64,000 nt of DNA from Lingula anatina (lineage: Eukaryota > Animalia > Brachiopoda): contig CM120643.1 of the NCBI GenBank assembly GCA_051362555.1, positions 11,036,001 to 11,100,000 of the forward strand. Direction: 5' to 3'. Under the pieces are notes generated by a model. That model was not told where the DNA came from. It did no database searches and saw only the letters and a program-made list of their open reading frames with translations. Of this stretch, positions 25,401 through 39,527 are shown in pieces. The position numbers were made by a program, and so were the translations under genes. Position 1 is the first letter of the stretch. Every line of letters starts with the position of its first letter.

Positions 25401-28400
25401 TTATCTCACCTCAAAATAGAAAGCTGTTTAAATGACGATAAACGCTCATGGGTGCAAATGCTTATATTATATTATATTATATTATATTATATTATATTAT
25501 ATTATATTATATTATATTATATATGCTTAGCAACGGGAAATATATATGCCTATATTTTATATTTTCGCGGGGACTTTTTTAATTGTTTTCAATCAGAAAA
25601 ATGGTAGTTATCAGGCATTATTGAACAATTATATGCAGAGTAACCTCATTTTCTGTGTTTTGACGATCATTATACAGTCCCCAAGACTTACTCCCCAATG
25701 GTCTCCAGTGAGAAGTTGTTTTGGAGCCGTATTCTGTTGTAGTCGTTGAGACCCGTCCTGTGGCTTAGAATATCTCTGGCAGTCACTCGGGCCGTGAGTT
25801 CCTCTCGTATAAACGTGAGATTTTTCAGTTCATCGAAAGATGTCAGTGGAGCATCTAAATCATACCTAAAATTTGAAACAAAAGGAATTTAGTTGCTTGT
25901 GTATACAGGTTATGTACTAGTCCTAGATGATTCATTGTCACGTCTGAAAAATAGGCTTACAACAGTCACACAAATCCATAGTGATCTGGAATTCTGCTTT
26001 TTTACAGCCAACGTTTAAATGTTCTATAGATAACATAGGCCTATTTACAGCCAGAATGGCGTGTGATGAATATTGAAGGGGGGGGGGGGGTATAAAGAGC
26101 CCCTCCCTTTTTTGCTGGGAAAAGGTCCACTCATGAAGGTTTCACGGTAAAAGGTCCACTTTTTCAGAAAAAGAACCCCCTTTTGAAATTTCTGGCTATG
26201 GGCCTATATTGATATGAGTGCAGACATGTAACTCTTGTTGGAGGCATGCAGGAGATTAATGGCAGTTAGTGGACTACACGCTAACCGACACGAGACTTTT
26301 ACAGAGAGCATGATGCCAATAACCTTGCGCGCGTTATACGTCACAGGTCTTGCGTAACTACCCACGTGCTACGATTTTTCCCTTGGGGGGGGGGGGGGGG
26401 GGGGGGGGGGCAGCAAGCGGACATTTTGTACAGGAGCAATGCAAAGACGGGTGAAAACGATACGTTGTTTTTAACCAAAGACGATGTCCCCGGGGCGAAA
26501 CTGCCAACACCAAAAGTAAAGGAGCATAAGCTACTCTTACAACCGGTCGTGCGTGCTTCTACGAGCGGTTTGCGTGCAAAAAATTGGCCAAGTAGTAAGA
26601 TACACGCACGTGGAGCGTACTATTTTTGGTGGACGCAAACACGACGCAAAGCACGCAGCCCGAAAACTGGCCGGCCAGTTTTTCGCTACGACCTGTCTGC
26701 GACAAATAGAACGCCTGGATCACGCTCGTAGCACGCAAGACAAAAGTACTGAGTAAGTGCGCTAGGCGTGCGTGTAACGCAGGAAAAGCATGCAGAAATT
26801 ACGGGGTATTTTACCACGAAGACGTACTTACCACGCAAGAGACTCGTAAGTTTAACTTGCTTTCAATGTACGTGTTCACAAAAAGGGGGGTGAGCGCACT
26901 TCTTCCGTGCGTTTATCTTACTTCCAAAGTGCGTGGCGAGGACTACTACCATACCTGTGAAGTGCGTCACACTAACACGACGCACGTGCCCAGCACGATA
27001 AAAGTGCAGGCGATCCCGAGCAACCACTGCCAGCATTGCGTCACGATCTTCGGCCTCCTCTAGCATTAGCAGCTGTAGAAGTCGATGGCGCATCCTTCTT
27101 GGAAGTGCCTTTTTGGAAGCCAAAACAGTGAATGATGAAGAGACTCGGTGCTCCCTTTTATATTATTTTGATTATCCGTGCGTTCCACTTCCGTGCTTAT
27201 TACGTTTCTCTTACGTTTCTCTTACTTCGTAAGTACGGTTTCTGAAAACGTACGCTTCACTTGCAATACACGTATGATTATCTCACTCACTGTGTGCGAC
27301 ACGAGTACAGATCGTACGTGCTCCTTACTTCTTCCTACTTCCAAAAAAAGGCGTACAGACCACTTGCGGGCCCCACGTTTAGAGCACGACACACCTACTC
27401 ATAAAGTACTTACTACTTCGTCCGCTGCGATTTAATTTTCATCCTGCGACAACGCTACGTCTGACGAGAACTCCGAGGACGCACGATCTCTAAGCACGCA
27501 CGACGGGTTGTAAGAGAGGCTATACCAACGTTGTTTTGAAACGATGTGGTTAGCCTGTCAGTGGCAAGTTGGGGAGAAAAGAGCAGCACTGATAGCAAGG
27601 TACTGTGTACACGTGAACCGGCAAAGTTAATGATAATTTCATGTTGCAAAAGCATAATTAAATCAGTTAGTTATTATCCAAACGATATTATTTGAATAGC
27701 AGATACATAGATCAAACTAACAACAATAAAATATTTTGATGACATTGAAAATCAAAGCCTGCGGTGCACGATAGGTTGAGGAGGACATTGCCACAGCAAG
27801 TAATGCATGGATTTTGTTACATAACACCATATGCTTGTGTCGTCGTTAACTCTGTTGTATTATTACTGATCAAATTAATACCTGATATTATTTCTCAGGC
27901 TTCCAAGTACAAATCAACTTATTTTTGTGACTATTGACCTCCATGTCCCATCATGTGTGCAGGTTGTTTATCATTATTATCATTATTATTATTTGTTCAA
28001 GCACATTTTGATAAAGTGGCTATGCTTTAACATGAAAAATTCAAAACTTATGCTGAAGTTTAAAAGATTAAATCATCAGTAGTATTTACAATTAAAGCTA
28101 TTTGATTATGTAGATTTGATTTTCAGTTATCTTGATTATGATATGAGGTTTCTGCCTTTTTCTCTTGCCCTCATTCAATATATAACAAGCAAATTGATAG
28201 TGCTTTATTACAATTTTTGCTTTATACTTTCAGATGTAAAAACTGTGTAGCAGTTGGTAAAGCTGTAGAGATTGATGTGAGCATAGATCAGGGGAAATGG
28301 TATTAGAGAAACTAGGAGGACAAGACATAGATAATGTACTAGTAGATCCATCATCACAGCAAGGGTACATGTAGATGGTGTGATCTTGTCCCTGAAGCTG

Positions 28401-30204
28401 TGCCACAAGTTTTCAACTGGTTGAGTCCTTACTAAGACAAGCTGCTGCGGTGTGAATCGCAATATGTACATTCAGGTTATACGTGGCAGATTTATGACAA
28501 AAGAGACCTTCACAATATACTTCAAAGGAGTTTTTCTGGCGTCTGTGCCTCATCAAAAGTACACAGTTACAGTGACTAGAACATTGTCTGCAAATAGTGA
28601 GGCAGTGAAGGCTGCAAGGTGCCATTGTTTTTCAGTATTAAGAATGACAGTATCTGTTTTTTTATTTATTTTTTTTATTATTCATTTTTAATGGGAGGGA
28701 GACTCACTTTGTTCTTTCTATGCCCATTCAGTTACAGTAAGGGTTGGTGGCAATATATGGTAAATCTGTCATGCCTGTATGTAGAATTTCTCTTGCTCAA
28801 ATTTCTACATTTATTGAGTGCATTATGAAGTTTCCTGACTGATTAATGAGGTTACTTGTAGAAATATCTTGCCTACACACATTTTGTGATATTTTTACTA
28901 CTTTATACATATAATTATTAACATTTCATCAGTGGTGTGTGAAAGGTACTTGGTATTTGCATTTTAGAACTGTAGATCTGTGTACCAGCAGGGTTATATT
29001 GCAGTAATATCTGTTTATGTTTCTAAAAATAAGCTTCATGTTTGATAATTAATTGGTTTGAAATAAATAAATAAATAACCCAAACAAAATCAATTCATTT
29101 TATATTTCACATAATCTGTTTTTATTATTTCTTCTAAGCATTTAATCATAACATCTCCCATCATTATAGTGTTATTGTGTAATAACATTGAAAGGTTCCA
29201 AAATTTTATTAACAGGTTGATGCTAACGTATTACAAATAAATATAAGCATCAAAGCATATTTCCTTCCTCAAATATATCACACGTACCACTGGCATAATA
29301 CCGGTAGAGATACAGGTAAAGATGACAGCCTTGATAACTGGGTTCACAGCTCTGTTAGTGCAGCACGGTTAATTAGTGTCAGATTGTTATCCGATAAAGT
29401 TTGCTACTAGTACCTGGGAACAAAAGGTCTGGCACTTGCCAATCAAGTTGATAAAATCACAAACCCTGTAGAAAATAGAGCATACCTGCCCAACATTGAT
29501 TTGTTCAGATTCTTGACTAAGGGGTGCGTTACTGGTGACAAGGGCCAAGACTTGAACTTAGGGGGTTTGGTATGTCACTGGACATTCCTCTCGATTTCTG
29601 CCCAAATCTAATAAAGCCTGAGTTGATTGCCGTAAATATCAAATTTGTGAACAGAATGAGGAATAATGACAGTAATGATAAAATGCTTGAAAGTACCTGT
29701 CACCTTCGCCACAGTAACTATATGGGCTGTGCCCCCCCCCCCCCCCCCCACACACAACCACAGGCGACACCTTGCGGAGCAAGCGCGCGTAATCCAGGGT
29801 GCAACTGAAAATAACCTTGTCGCGCGACCCGTGTATGGATTTGATGACCTTCGGTGTGGGTTTTTCTACTTTCTGGCCATCTTTTACTTCTGTGAAAATC
29901 ACTATGGAAACTAAGTTTTGAAGGGGTGCATGTTCTTAATTTGGATAAATAGTATAAAATATGGAAATCTTCATCAGTATTTTGAATTTTTTAACCCTTA
30001 GTCATGTTAAATATCTAACGTACCTTAACCTATTAATAATATAGCTTTTAAAACAGAAGTTAATTCGTTGACGAAAATAAATTCACTGGAATTCAGAACA
30101 ATTATAAATTAAAGTGAAAGTCATTTTAGCAGGTTCACAACAGTGGATACCGATGCTGCTCAGTCCCTCGAGATCTCCCTCTCCCCCCTGCCCCCTCCCT
30201 CACC

Positions 30205-30260
<56 letters not shown>

Positions 30261-30558
30261 TGACTTACCCTTTATCTTCCATTACCTTTACCAAAGTTGT
30301 GGCAGCAAACGCTTTTGTTAGGGAAGCGATATTAAACAGCGTGTTATTGGACACGGGTTGATTGCTTTCTCTGTCCATCACTCCATAACTTTTTGCTATG
30401 ACACTTTGCCCGCCTTGTACGACGGCGAGTGTTAGTGCAGGGGCGTTGAAACAAGCCATAGATGCGTTGATCAGATCGTCGATCCTCTCCTCCATTCTGG
30501 TCGCTAAGCCATAGCATATGCACGATAAAACAAGACTGAGTAAGATGATGATATGCAT
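22449..30558 (-). CDS. Secreted serine beta-lactamase/PBP-fold hydrolase (class C/AmpC-like) with C-terminal hydrophobic tail, copy A
   Basis: Exons 30558-30269, 25865-25692, 24059-23790, 23524-23268, 23092-22449 join in frame. Signal peptide; SxxK (FNIASLTKAF); ILSHRTGL; YxN (FYNNQMY); PLGM; YGFGW; HTG. Confidence 0.92.
24795..25025 (+). mobile_element. 5'-truncated retroposon 3' end in copy A intron 2
   Basis: Absent from copy B. Flanked by direct repeat ATATAACA (24787-24794 / 25026-25033). Ends in AATAAAGTATATAAAGT. Confidence 0.65.
26317..29830 (+). mobile_element. Decayed DNA transposon with SAP-like and SWIM-like coding remnants (resembles the accessory gene of ISL2EU/Harbinger-type elements), copy A intron 1 only
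   Basis: Absent from copy B. Removing the nested element restores LTKDDVPGAKLP..EHTNVVLKR(fs)WLAC..KRAALIAR (SAP-like). 28520-28630 reads YFKGVFLASV..KYTVTV..VKAARCHC (lead-in to a SWIM finger). Confidence 0.6.
26529..27521. mobile_element. Nested non-autonomous TIR element (PIF/Harbinger-like), ~30-bp TIR, 3-bp TSD ATA
   Basis: Left AGCTACTCTTACAACCGGTCGTGCGTGCTT; right AAGCACGCACGACGGGTTGTAAGAGAGGCT. ATA at 26526-26528 and 27522-27524. It interrupts the SAP-like frame. Confidence 0.8.
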
Positions 30559-30633
30559 AGCGGTTGTATGTTCTTTTGGATCTGCCCTGATGAGTGTGGA
30601 CCAGACGTGCAGACTGAGTAAGATAAAGCGTCA

Positions 30634-31926
30634 ATAAGGGTTACCGGAGGAGATCAGCATTGGTCTGAATTGTGCCGGAAGTGACGTGTAGTGGTGTAAG
30701 ACGTAAAGCTGAGATGTTATTTTTAGCTGGAGGTGAATGGGAATGAAGACGTGGGCTTGGAGAAAAAAGTAGTTATTCTAACAACAAGGTAAGATAACAT
30801 TTTATCTTTATGCATTTGGGACAGAGAATACTTGTAGAAACAATAGGCACATGATATGAAAACGTGTCACGGAACTTGAAAGTGTAAAATTGTGCTAAAT
30901 TTGCAGTCAATTTGTTTTGAAATACATGCTGCATCGACCGCCAGCGCGACAAAGAACGTAAAGGGAAAAGAATTCCCGGAAGGCTATAAATCTTTGTCAT
31001 GTGGAATTTTGGAATTTATATAATCTGATATGTCCATATCTAAGTATGGGGGTATGGTATGGGCTGCAATTATAACGATGTTTTATGGTCTCTGAAGGAC
31101 CATGTGAAAACCAGGAAGTAGTTCGTAAGTGACAACTGAGTCGTACAGATCCACAACTGCAAATATGAGGAAATTGATTGCCAGTCTCTATTGCTAGTGA
31201 TTTTTAGCTCAGTTAACAGGTTGTCAGAATGTCACCTTTGTCTTGGCATTTGTCACTGATTAGTGCCTACCCCGATGTAAAAGGTGTAAAAGTGTGATCA
31301 TATGTGTGGAATTTCATGTCAGATGAACATATAAAGATCTAAAAATTCGTCACAATATCAAAAAAGATAACTGTACTTCTTTGCACAGCAGTCGTAGATC
31401 GGTACGAATCAGTTGTTAGTTACGAACTACTTCCTGGTTTTCACAAGGTCCTTCAAGAACTCTAATATATCATTATAATTGCAACACATACCATAAAACA
31501 CCCAAAAATACTTAGATATGGACATATCAGATTATATAAATGTCAAAATTCTACATGACAGACAACGATTTATAGCCTCCCTGGAATTCCTTTCCCTTTA
31601 CGCTCTTTGTCTCGCTGGCGGTCGATGCAGCATTATTTCAAAACAAGTTGTCTGCAAATTAAGCACTATTTTGCACCTTCAAGTTCCCTGTAACGATTTC
31701 ATACCATGTGCCTATTTTTTCTACAAGTATTCTCTGCCCAAAATGAGTAAAGAAGAAATGTTATCTTACCATGTTGTCAGAAAAACTGCTTTTTTCTCCA
31801 AGCCCACGTCTTCTCTCCCGTTCACCTCCAGCTAAAAATGACCACTCAGCTTCGCGTCTTACAACACTTGACGTCACATTTCCGGCACAATTCTGACCAA
31901 TGCTGATCTCCTCCGGTACCCCTTAT
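30634..31926. mobile_element. Foldback element with ~530-bp imperfect inverted arms, ~75 bp upstream of the copy A start codon
   Basis: 30634-31160 is the diverged reverse complement of 31388-31926 (ends TAAGGGKTACCGGAGGAGATCAGCATTGGTC). Absent from copy B. Confidence 0.85.
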
Positions 31927-33604
31927 ATAAGGTTGTAAAGGTCGTGCTTCGGTCAGGCGGCACAGCCTGAAAGTTGTTTACCAAACAGCCCTTAGCAAAA
32001 TGATAAATTGCGGCAATAATGCTGCAAAGTAAAATATCGCAGCAACGACTTTGCAAGGTTTTGAAAGAAAAATTTTACTCCTGCTAATTTGCAGCCATAT
32101 TGCAGCCATATTGCTGATATTTTGATAAGGGAGAGATCGCGAACGAGCTGGGGTGCCTTCTCCTATTTTCTTTCGGTGTTTGCATTTTTTATCTGTAGAT
32201 GGCCATGTAGTTACATATTTCAGGCAGTTAATGATAACAATTTAAGTAGGTTTAATGTTAATACCCCCAATGCCTACAACCTATGCTATAAATAGAGGTC
32301 CTGTTAAGTTGAAAAATACGGAAAATTTAGTACGCATGCCTTTCATCATATAAATGAATATTTTTACAGTATATTTTAGTTGCATGTTGGGACACATTGT
32401 TATCTGCTAAATATGCATGAATATCTTCCATCATTGTTCCACAGTACATAAAAACAGAATTAATTATAGTTTAATTACCATATCCGACATGTAGGCCTAC
32501 AATAGCCTATTGTTTACCTTTCAGCCTTTTTGTGTTATGTTGACAACCACCTGTAATCTCAAACACGATTCTTTACTTCAGAATACTCATAACTGTTCCA
32601 TGATAATATTAAAAACAATAATCTGATGGTCATTTCAATTTCAATAAACAACTCCTGTTTGGGCCTGACATTATTTAAGTCATCCTATCCGGGATTTTCC
32701 GGTAAAAAACTAATTTCTTCAAAATTCTTTTCTCCTACTCACAAACCATTTCTCAAACCGCCCCTTCATAAAATTCGTTGTTTTATATCAATGCTAAGTG
32801 CACAATTTAATTAATTCTAAATGATTGTCCATTCACCATGAAAGTTATCGACATTTGGGTACATGTAGGCCCTACTTTATTTGAAGTGTTTTATCATTTT
32901 TAAGGACTGAATTAATTTAGGTCACATAGGGCAGGTAAGGAGCTTTGCAGGAGAGTGCACCTTTGGGAGATTTTTCATTTGAAGCGAAGCACATGGCACA
33001 CGATTTTGATGACTGACTCACCTCCCTCAAATAGTGCAGACCTTTAAAACTATAAATCCCCTCAAATAAAGTAGGACCATACCTGACGTCGTTAGTTCCT
33101 TCGGAAATATACAAGAAGGCATGGCGTTTTTAATGACTAGCTTTTGTTATTAAGTCTCTACTTAAAAGAATAAAATAACTCTCCTTTATAATCCTATCTA
33201 GAAATCATGAAAACTCTTCACCTGCGACCCTGTCCCTACTGCAATGTATGGATATTGGACCATGTATCTTAATTCATGGGCCCAAACATCAATTCAATTA
33301 GAAATCGTTTAATAGGTTTCTATATTTGCCAAAGAATACAAGTTTCTCGTCAAGTTAGTCGTGAAAGAAATGTGATAAGAATCCCAAAGAAAATATACAC
33401 ACAATCTATATTTTCCATCAAAGACACTTTTAACTACTTATAACTTTAACTGGCGTCCACAGTTTTGTCCATTACAATCCAAAACGAGGTCCATGGTTGG
33501 AGGGTTTTTAACTCTCGTTACTCAGATCACACAGTAAATTTGTACAAAGACCAAGCAATAATAATATATATTTTTCTAAAAAAATCATTTTATAATAATA
33601 ATCA

Positions 33605-34063
33605 TAATAGATGGTTCTGAACAGTCCCTTAACGCCTCCCTACAGGATCTAAGATGGTATGAAAAAATTTCGGATTTAAGAATAAATTATGACAAAACTC
33701 AGGTTATTTGGATAGGGAGTAAAAAAATTCAAATGAGAAACTGTGCAATAATTGGACACTTATATGGGATGCAACGTCTTTTAAATTATTAGGTTTTAAA
33801 TTCCATGTTGAACTAGATACTATATGTGAAAAGAATTATCGGTAAAAAATTGAAAGTACTGAACAATTACTTAAACTATGGGAAAGACGAATTTTGACCC
33901 CCTAGGCAGAATTACAGTAATTAAAAGTCTCATGATATCGAAATTTAACCTTTTTTTCATTTCACTGCCTAACTCATCTAACCAAATAATTAAGGAGCTA
34001 AAAAAGTTAACCTTTGGATTTCTTTGGAAAGGTAAGCCGGATAAAGTAAAAAGGGAAATATTA

Positions 34064-34120
<57 letters not shown>

Positions 34121-34672
34121 TGGAAAACTAAATATGATAAATGTAGAAGCTTCAATAATGGCATTAAAGGAGGTAGAAACTATATACCATATACTTTGGG
34201 ATTGTGATATTGTACAAAATTTCTTACGCCAAATAGAAGCATGGTTAATTTCTTGTGATATATATTTAAATTTCAGCAATATACCGTTTATTCTAATTGA
34301 CATTAATGAACGTAATGTATCCAATATAATTATGACTATACACATTAAATTTTTCACATACAAAACAAAATGTCAGAAAGACGCACTGTCACTCACAAAA
34401 CTTCAACTTTATTTAGAAAATATTTACAAAATCTATAAGCAAAAGTACATACACTGTATCTCAAGATGTAGAAAAATTCAATGTTATATGGCAGAAATGG
34501 ATAGGTATATATGGATTTGTGTAGTTGCATGTATACAAGTTATTGACTGTAATTTTTTTATATGTTAAAACCTTGTGGACTTTGCTATTGTAATGAGTAT
34601 TGTGTGCTTGTAAAGTTTATTATGTACTTGCTTTTTTTTCTATTGCAAAAAATTTTTAAAATAATAATAATA
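33605..34672 (+). mobile_element. Second, partial copy of the L1/Tx1 element (RT end to (TAA)n tail), start of duplication unit 2
   Basis: Near-identical to 21030-21899, with the same internal deletion and same downstream flank. Retains the 3' UTR that copy 1 has lost. Confidence 0.9.
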
Positions 34673-35437
34673 ATCTAAACTTGTATTTCTTTGGCCACGT
34701 CTTCAACTTGCTCTTGAACTGAGTACTTTCGACATAGGAAATACTCAGGAAAAAACGAAAACATGTTCCAAAAAAAATATGCAGAAATATTAACTTTACA
34801 AAACTGGAAACCTCGTTTTACATGTTTTAAAGCAGCGGTATTCAGAGTAACAAAAGAATTTTTATCCACACCATTACTTCTTTTTAAAGAAATATGCACG
34901 TTTAAGCACATTACACTTTTTTCATTCGTTACGGAGTAAGGTAACATCTATATCTGGTCTATAATTCAATCATGCTAGAAGTCTCTAGTTCAATGTTTAA
35001 TCATTTACTAAGACTTTGTTACTGTACTGAAAAAAATATTGCCACCCTCTGATTTATGTTCAACCTATAAGAAATACGATGTGAACATTTCGGAAATAAG
35101 TCACAATAATTGTACTAGAAAAACATAACCTGCGACATTCTACGAAAGCACTAATGGTTTAGAAGTCACCAGGGGCAGACACGTTTTTCCCCATCATAGA
35201 TTTTTTTAAGATAGTGCTTTCAGTTAAGAATGATATGGAACTAAATCAAACAGCAGACATATATCTCAAATACAGGTAAAAAATTGCAATTTCTTTAAGG
35301 ACATGGCAACGGCTGCTTTCTCAAATTGTCGTTGTTTTCATGACCATTGCTATGCCTTATATACAAATCAAAATAAAAGGAAATTTGATATAATTGTCTT
35401 ATAACAGGGTATTTCAAGAATTCACAAAGGGTACTAG

Positions 35438-36729
35438 TTATTTCAATAAGAACAATAAAATAAGTACATCGAGGACGGGAAATACCGAATTCATTCGCGA
35501 CGCAATCGAAGTGGGACGCACCGCCTCTCTAACAAATATGGGTGGGTCCCTCCGTTCCAATGACTCGAACGTTACAGCGTCTATGTCACCAGACTCTGCG
35601 TAGAGACTTTTGAATAATACTCCATTTAGTCTGAGAACAAACGCAGGACCAATTCCTTCGCCGTAGAACTCGTCTCCTCCAACGGGGTACAGCTTCCAGC
35701 GACCAAATGGACCGTAGAACATGCGGAGAAAGTTCTCCTCGTCCTTGTGAATGACTTCGATTTCGTCATACAGCGGCTCCTTAAATTTTCCTGTGTAACT
35801 CCTAAGAGGTCTATCCGAAGTCCCTGGCGTTGCTTTGGTAGGTTTTGTCGAGTTTGGAGGGTCCGCAAAAGGTGCAGGGAAGGAGCAAACTGAGGAGCTA
35901 TTCAACCACGGACGTTCTCCAAGGAAAAGGTCCAAAATAAGCATCCCCAGCGCCTGCTTCTTTAGCCGTGAACTAGGCATCGTGTTGAAGGTGTAATATA
36001 TGCCAAGCCCTTTGGATGGAATGAGAACCAAATTTGAAGAGAATCCCCATGATAATCCAGTGTGAGTTACCATGGGATAACCTGAAATGTTGAGTAAAAG
36101 TTGGTTTTCTGAGAACGGTTGGCGCTTTCTCTCTCTCTCTCTCTCTTTATTTTTTTAAAACTAAAACTCACAATTTGCTCGTGTAGGCGATTGCTTTCTT
36201 TTAAAATCAAAACATCTTTTGTGATTGACAACCATGCATACAATTATTACCTCGGTAACTGCCAATCCTCCACCCGAATCCATAGTGGGAAATATTGAAC
36301 GTGACTGGGATGATAGGAGTGGACAGATATTTGTCCAGTGAAGACGGGCACGCAATATTCGGTCTGTACGTCTCCTCTAACGCATTCACCGGCATAACCT
36401 GCGACTGATCATGAGCTTTGCCCGAGTTTAGGTGAAACAGCAGCCACTTTGCCATATCCACGGAGTTGCTCAAAATGGAACCAGAGGGAGAATTGCGGGC
36501 CCAGGATCTAATAATGAACGGATTAACATTATCGCAATAAGAACTTTCAACCAGATTAAATAAGATGTTGTCGAACGTGTGTACGACCACATCCCCATTA
36601 AATGAATTGTCAATTTGAAAAGGTGATAACAAAATGTTAAGAACTGAATAAAAAGAAAAACAAGATCAAACTATTTGATGTTGAAACGGAAATTCCGCAC
36701 ACACGCTATCAATAATAATAATAATAATA

Positions 36730-36761
<32 letters not shown>

Positions 36762-39480
36762 CTGATACTAAACCCACTTTAAAAACTCCAAAGAGCCTAT
36801 CCTTAATCCTCCGGGCCGTTCATCATCGTAATAGTGGGGAGATGCAATTGACAGTCCATCTAACTTGGCGGTGGATATGAAAGTGGTGGTCTCCATTCCC
36901 AGTGGAGAGAGAATGGTGGCTCTCACCGCCTCTTCCCAGCTCAGGCCAGTAAGTCGCTCCGTGATGAGACCGGCTAGCCCGTACATTTGATTGTTGTATA
37001 AGTACTTCGCACGCAGCGGGGCTGAACTTTTGAAATACTTAAGCTTCCTGAAAAAAAAAAAAAAAAAAAAACAGCCGTATTGTAATATCACTATGGTCAG
37101 CTTCATTATGGGACCATTCCCACAGATATTTGGATCGATCTATGTCCCTGGGGAGTCTCACAAAATTGACCTATCAACGATCATGTTAGAAAATTGGGAA
37201 AGAGAGCATCCGATCCAACTGTGGACAGGATTACTAAAACGTAAGCAGCTAGAGATACCATGATACACTAGTGTAAGGATCTCTGTCCTTTATTGTTACA
37301 AATTGAAAATCACAGTCACAGAACTCTATCGTTTCAACATCAAACATATTTACGTCATGGCATCAACGATAGGATAATTTTAGCAGAAGATTTCCCCAAG
37401 ATGCTATCTGACAGCTTCTATTGTGTCTGCTATTTGCAACAAAAATAAATGGCATTTAGTGACATTTCAGCTTAGGAACAGGGAAAGACAAAACATCCCA
37501 AAAGTCTAAACTTTTACGCACATATTTTGGATAAAAGATAAATCTTCAGTGTTAAGTGACTTTGGCGGAGTTCACATGAAAAATCTATTTTCTAAAAATT
37601 TAAAAATCTATTTGCGGTACATTGTGATCACGGTCTGTGCCCTGAATACCCCGCGGCGTAATTACTGGCAGCGCCGAGAATTAATTACAGCTTTGGAAGT
37701 AACTGGCTCTCGCTGCCCGTAATTACGCCGTGGGGTATTCAGGGCACAGACTGTGATCACAAGAAACCGCAAATAGATTTTTAGATTTTTAGAAAATAGA
37801 TTTTTCATGTGAACGCAGCCTTAATTTCATTGCATTTACACCAGTGTCGTATAACAGCTGACGTTATAATTAATATATTGTGATTTTGGGGAGAAGATCG
37901 CAAAAACTGGTTTCTCAAATCTCTTTTACCTGCGCACCTACGAACACCATTTAAACGCCAATGTAACGACACCATTGAGTACTTCAGAACCTTAGCAGCA
38001 ATTTTATTTAAAAGCCTGACTTCACAATATATCGTTAAAAAGGCAACATAATCCCTTTCCATTGAACCATTGTGGGGTCCATAATTCCTTGACATAAACA
38101 TTGAAAACGGTTTCGGAGCAACCTCAATTTGACGGCACAGGGTTAAAGCCCATAATCCTATTGTCACCTATGCCATTTTCGTGATAAGATCTGGTTTAGG
38201 GATGTAGTTACGTCCCATGCCTGTTGTCATCTCACCTCAAAACAGAAAGCTGTTTAAATGACGATAAACGCTCATGGGTGCAAATGCTTATATGCTTAGC
38301 AACTGGAAATATAAATGTCTATATTTTATAATTTCGCGGGGACTTTTTTAATTGCTTTCAATCAGAAAAATGGTAGATATAATTCATTACTGAACAATTA
38401 TATGCAGAATAACCTCATTTTCTGTGTTTTGACGATCATTATACAGTCCCCAAGACTTACTCCCCAATGGTCTCCAGTGAGAAGTTGTTTTGGAGACGTA
38501 TTCTGTTGTAGCCGTTGAGACCCGTCCTGTGGCTTAGAATATCTCTGACAGTCACTCGGGCCGTGAGATCCTCTCGTATAAACGTCAGATTTTTCAGTTC
38601 ATCGAAAGATGTCAGCGGAGCATCTAAATCATACCTAAAATTTGAAACAAAAGGAATTTAGTTGCTTGAGTATACAGGTTACGTACTAGTTTTAAGATGA
38701 TTCATTGTCACGTCTGAAATGTAGGCTTACAATAGTCACCAAAATCCATAGTGATCTGGAATTCTGCTTTTTTTACAGCCAACGTTCAAATGTTCTTTAG
38801 ATAACATAGGCCTATTTACAGCCTGAATGTCGTGTGATGAATATTGAAGGGGGGGTATAAAGACCCTTTTTTTGCTGGGAAAAGGCCCACTCTGGGTAAA
38901 ATTTTATCTACATGTAGGTACATGAAGGTTTCATGGTAAAAGGTCCACTTTTTCAGAAAAAGAACCCCCTTTTGAAATTGCTGGCTATGGGCCTATGTTG
39001 ATATGAGTGCAGACATGTAACTCTTGTTGGAGGCGTGCAGGAGATTAATGGCAGTTAGTGGACTACACGCTAACAGACACGAGACTTTTAAAGAGAGCAT
39101 GATGCTATTGTGTATGTATTTGATGACATTCGGTGTGGGTTTTCTACTTTCTGGCCATCTTTTACTTCTGTGGAAATCACTATGGAAACTTAGTTTTGAA
39201 GGGGTGCATGTTCTTAATTTGGATAAATAGTATAAAATATGGAAATCTTCATCAGTATTTTGGATTTTGTTAACCCTCAGTCATGTTAAATATCTAACGT
39301 ACCTAATTAACTTTATTAATAATATAGCTTTTAAAACAGAAGTTAATTCGTTGATGAAAATAAATTCACTGGAATTCAGAACAATTATAAATTAAAGTGA
39401 AAGTCATTTTAGCAGGTTCACAACAGTGGATACCGAGATCTCCCTCTCCCCTCCCCCCCCCCGCCCCCTCCCTCACCACC

Positions 39481-39527
<47 letters not shown>

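Noticed and set aside
32917-33114. CxxC-containing ORF resembling a piggyBac C-terminal fragment
   Set aside because: Too short and incomplete; no termini found.
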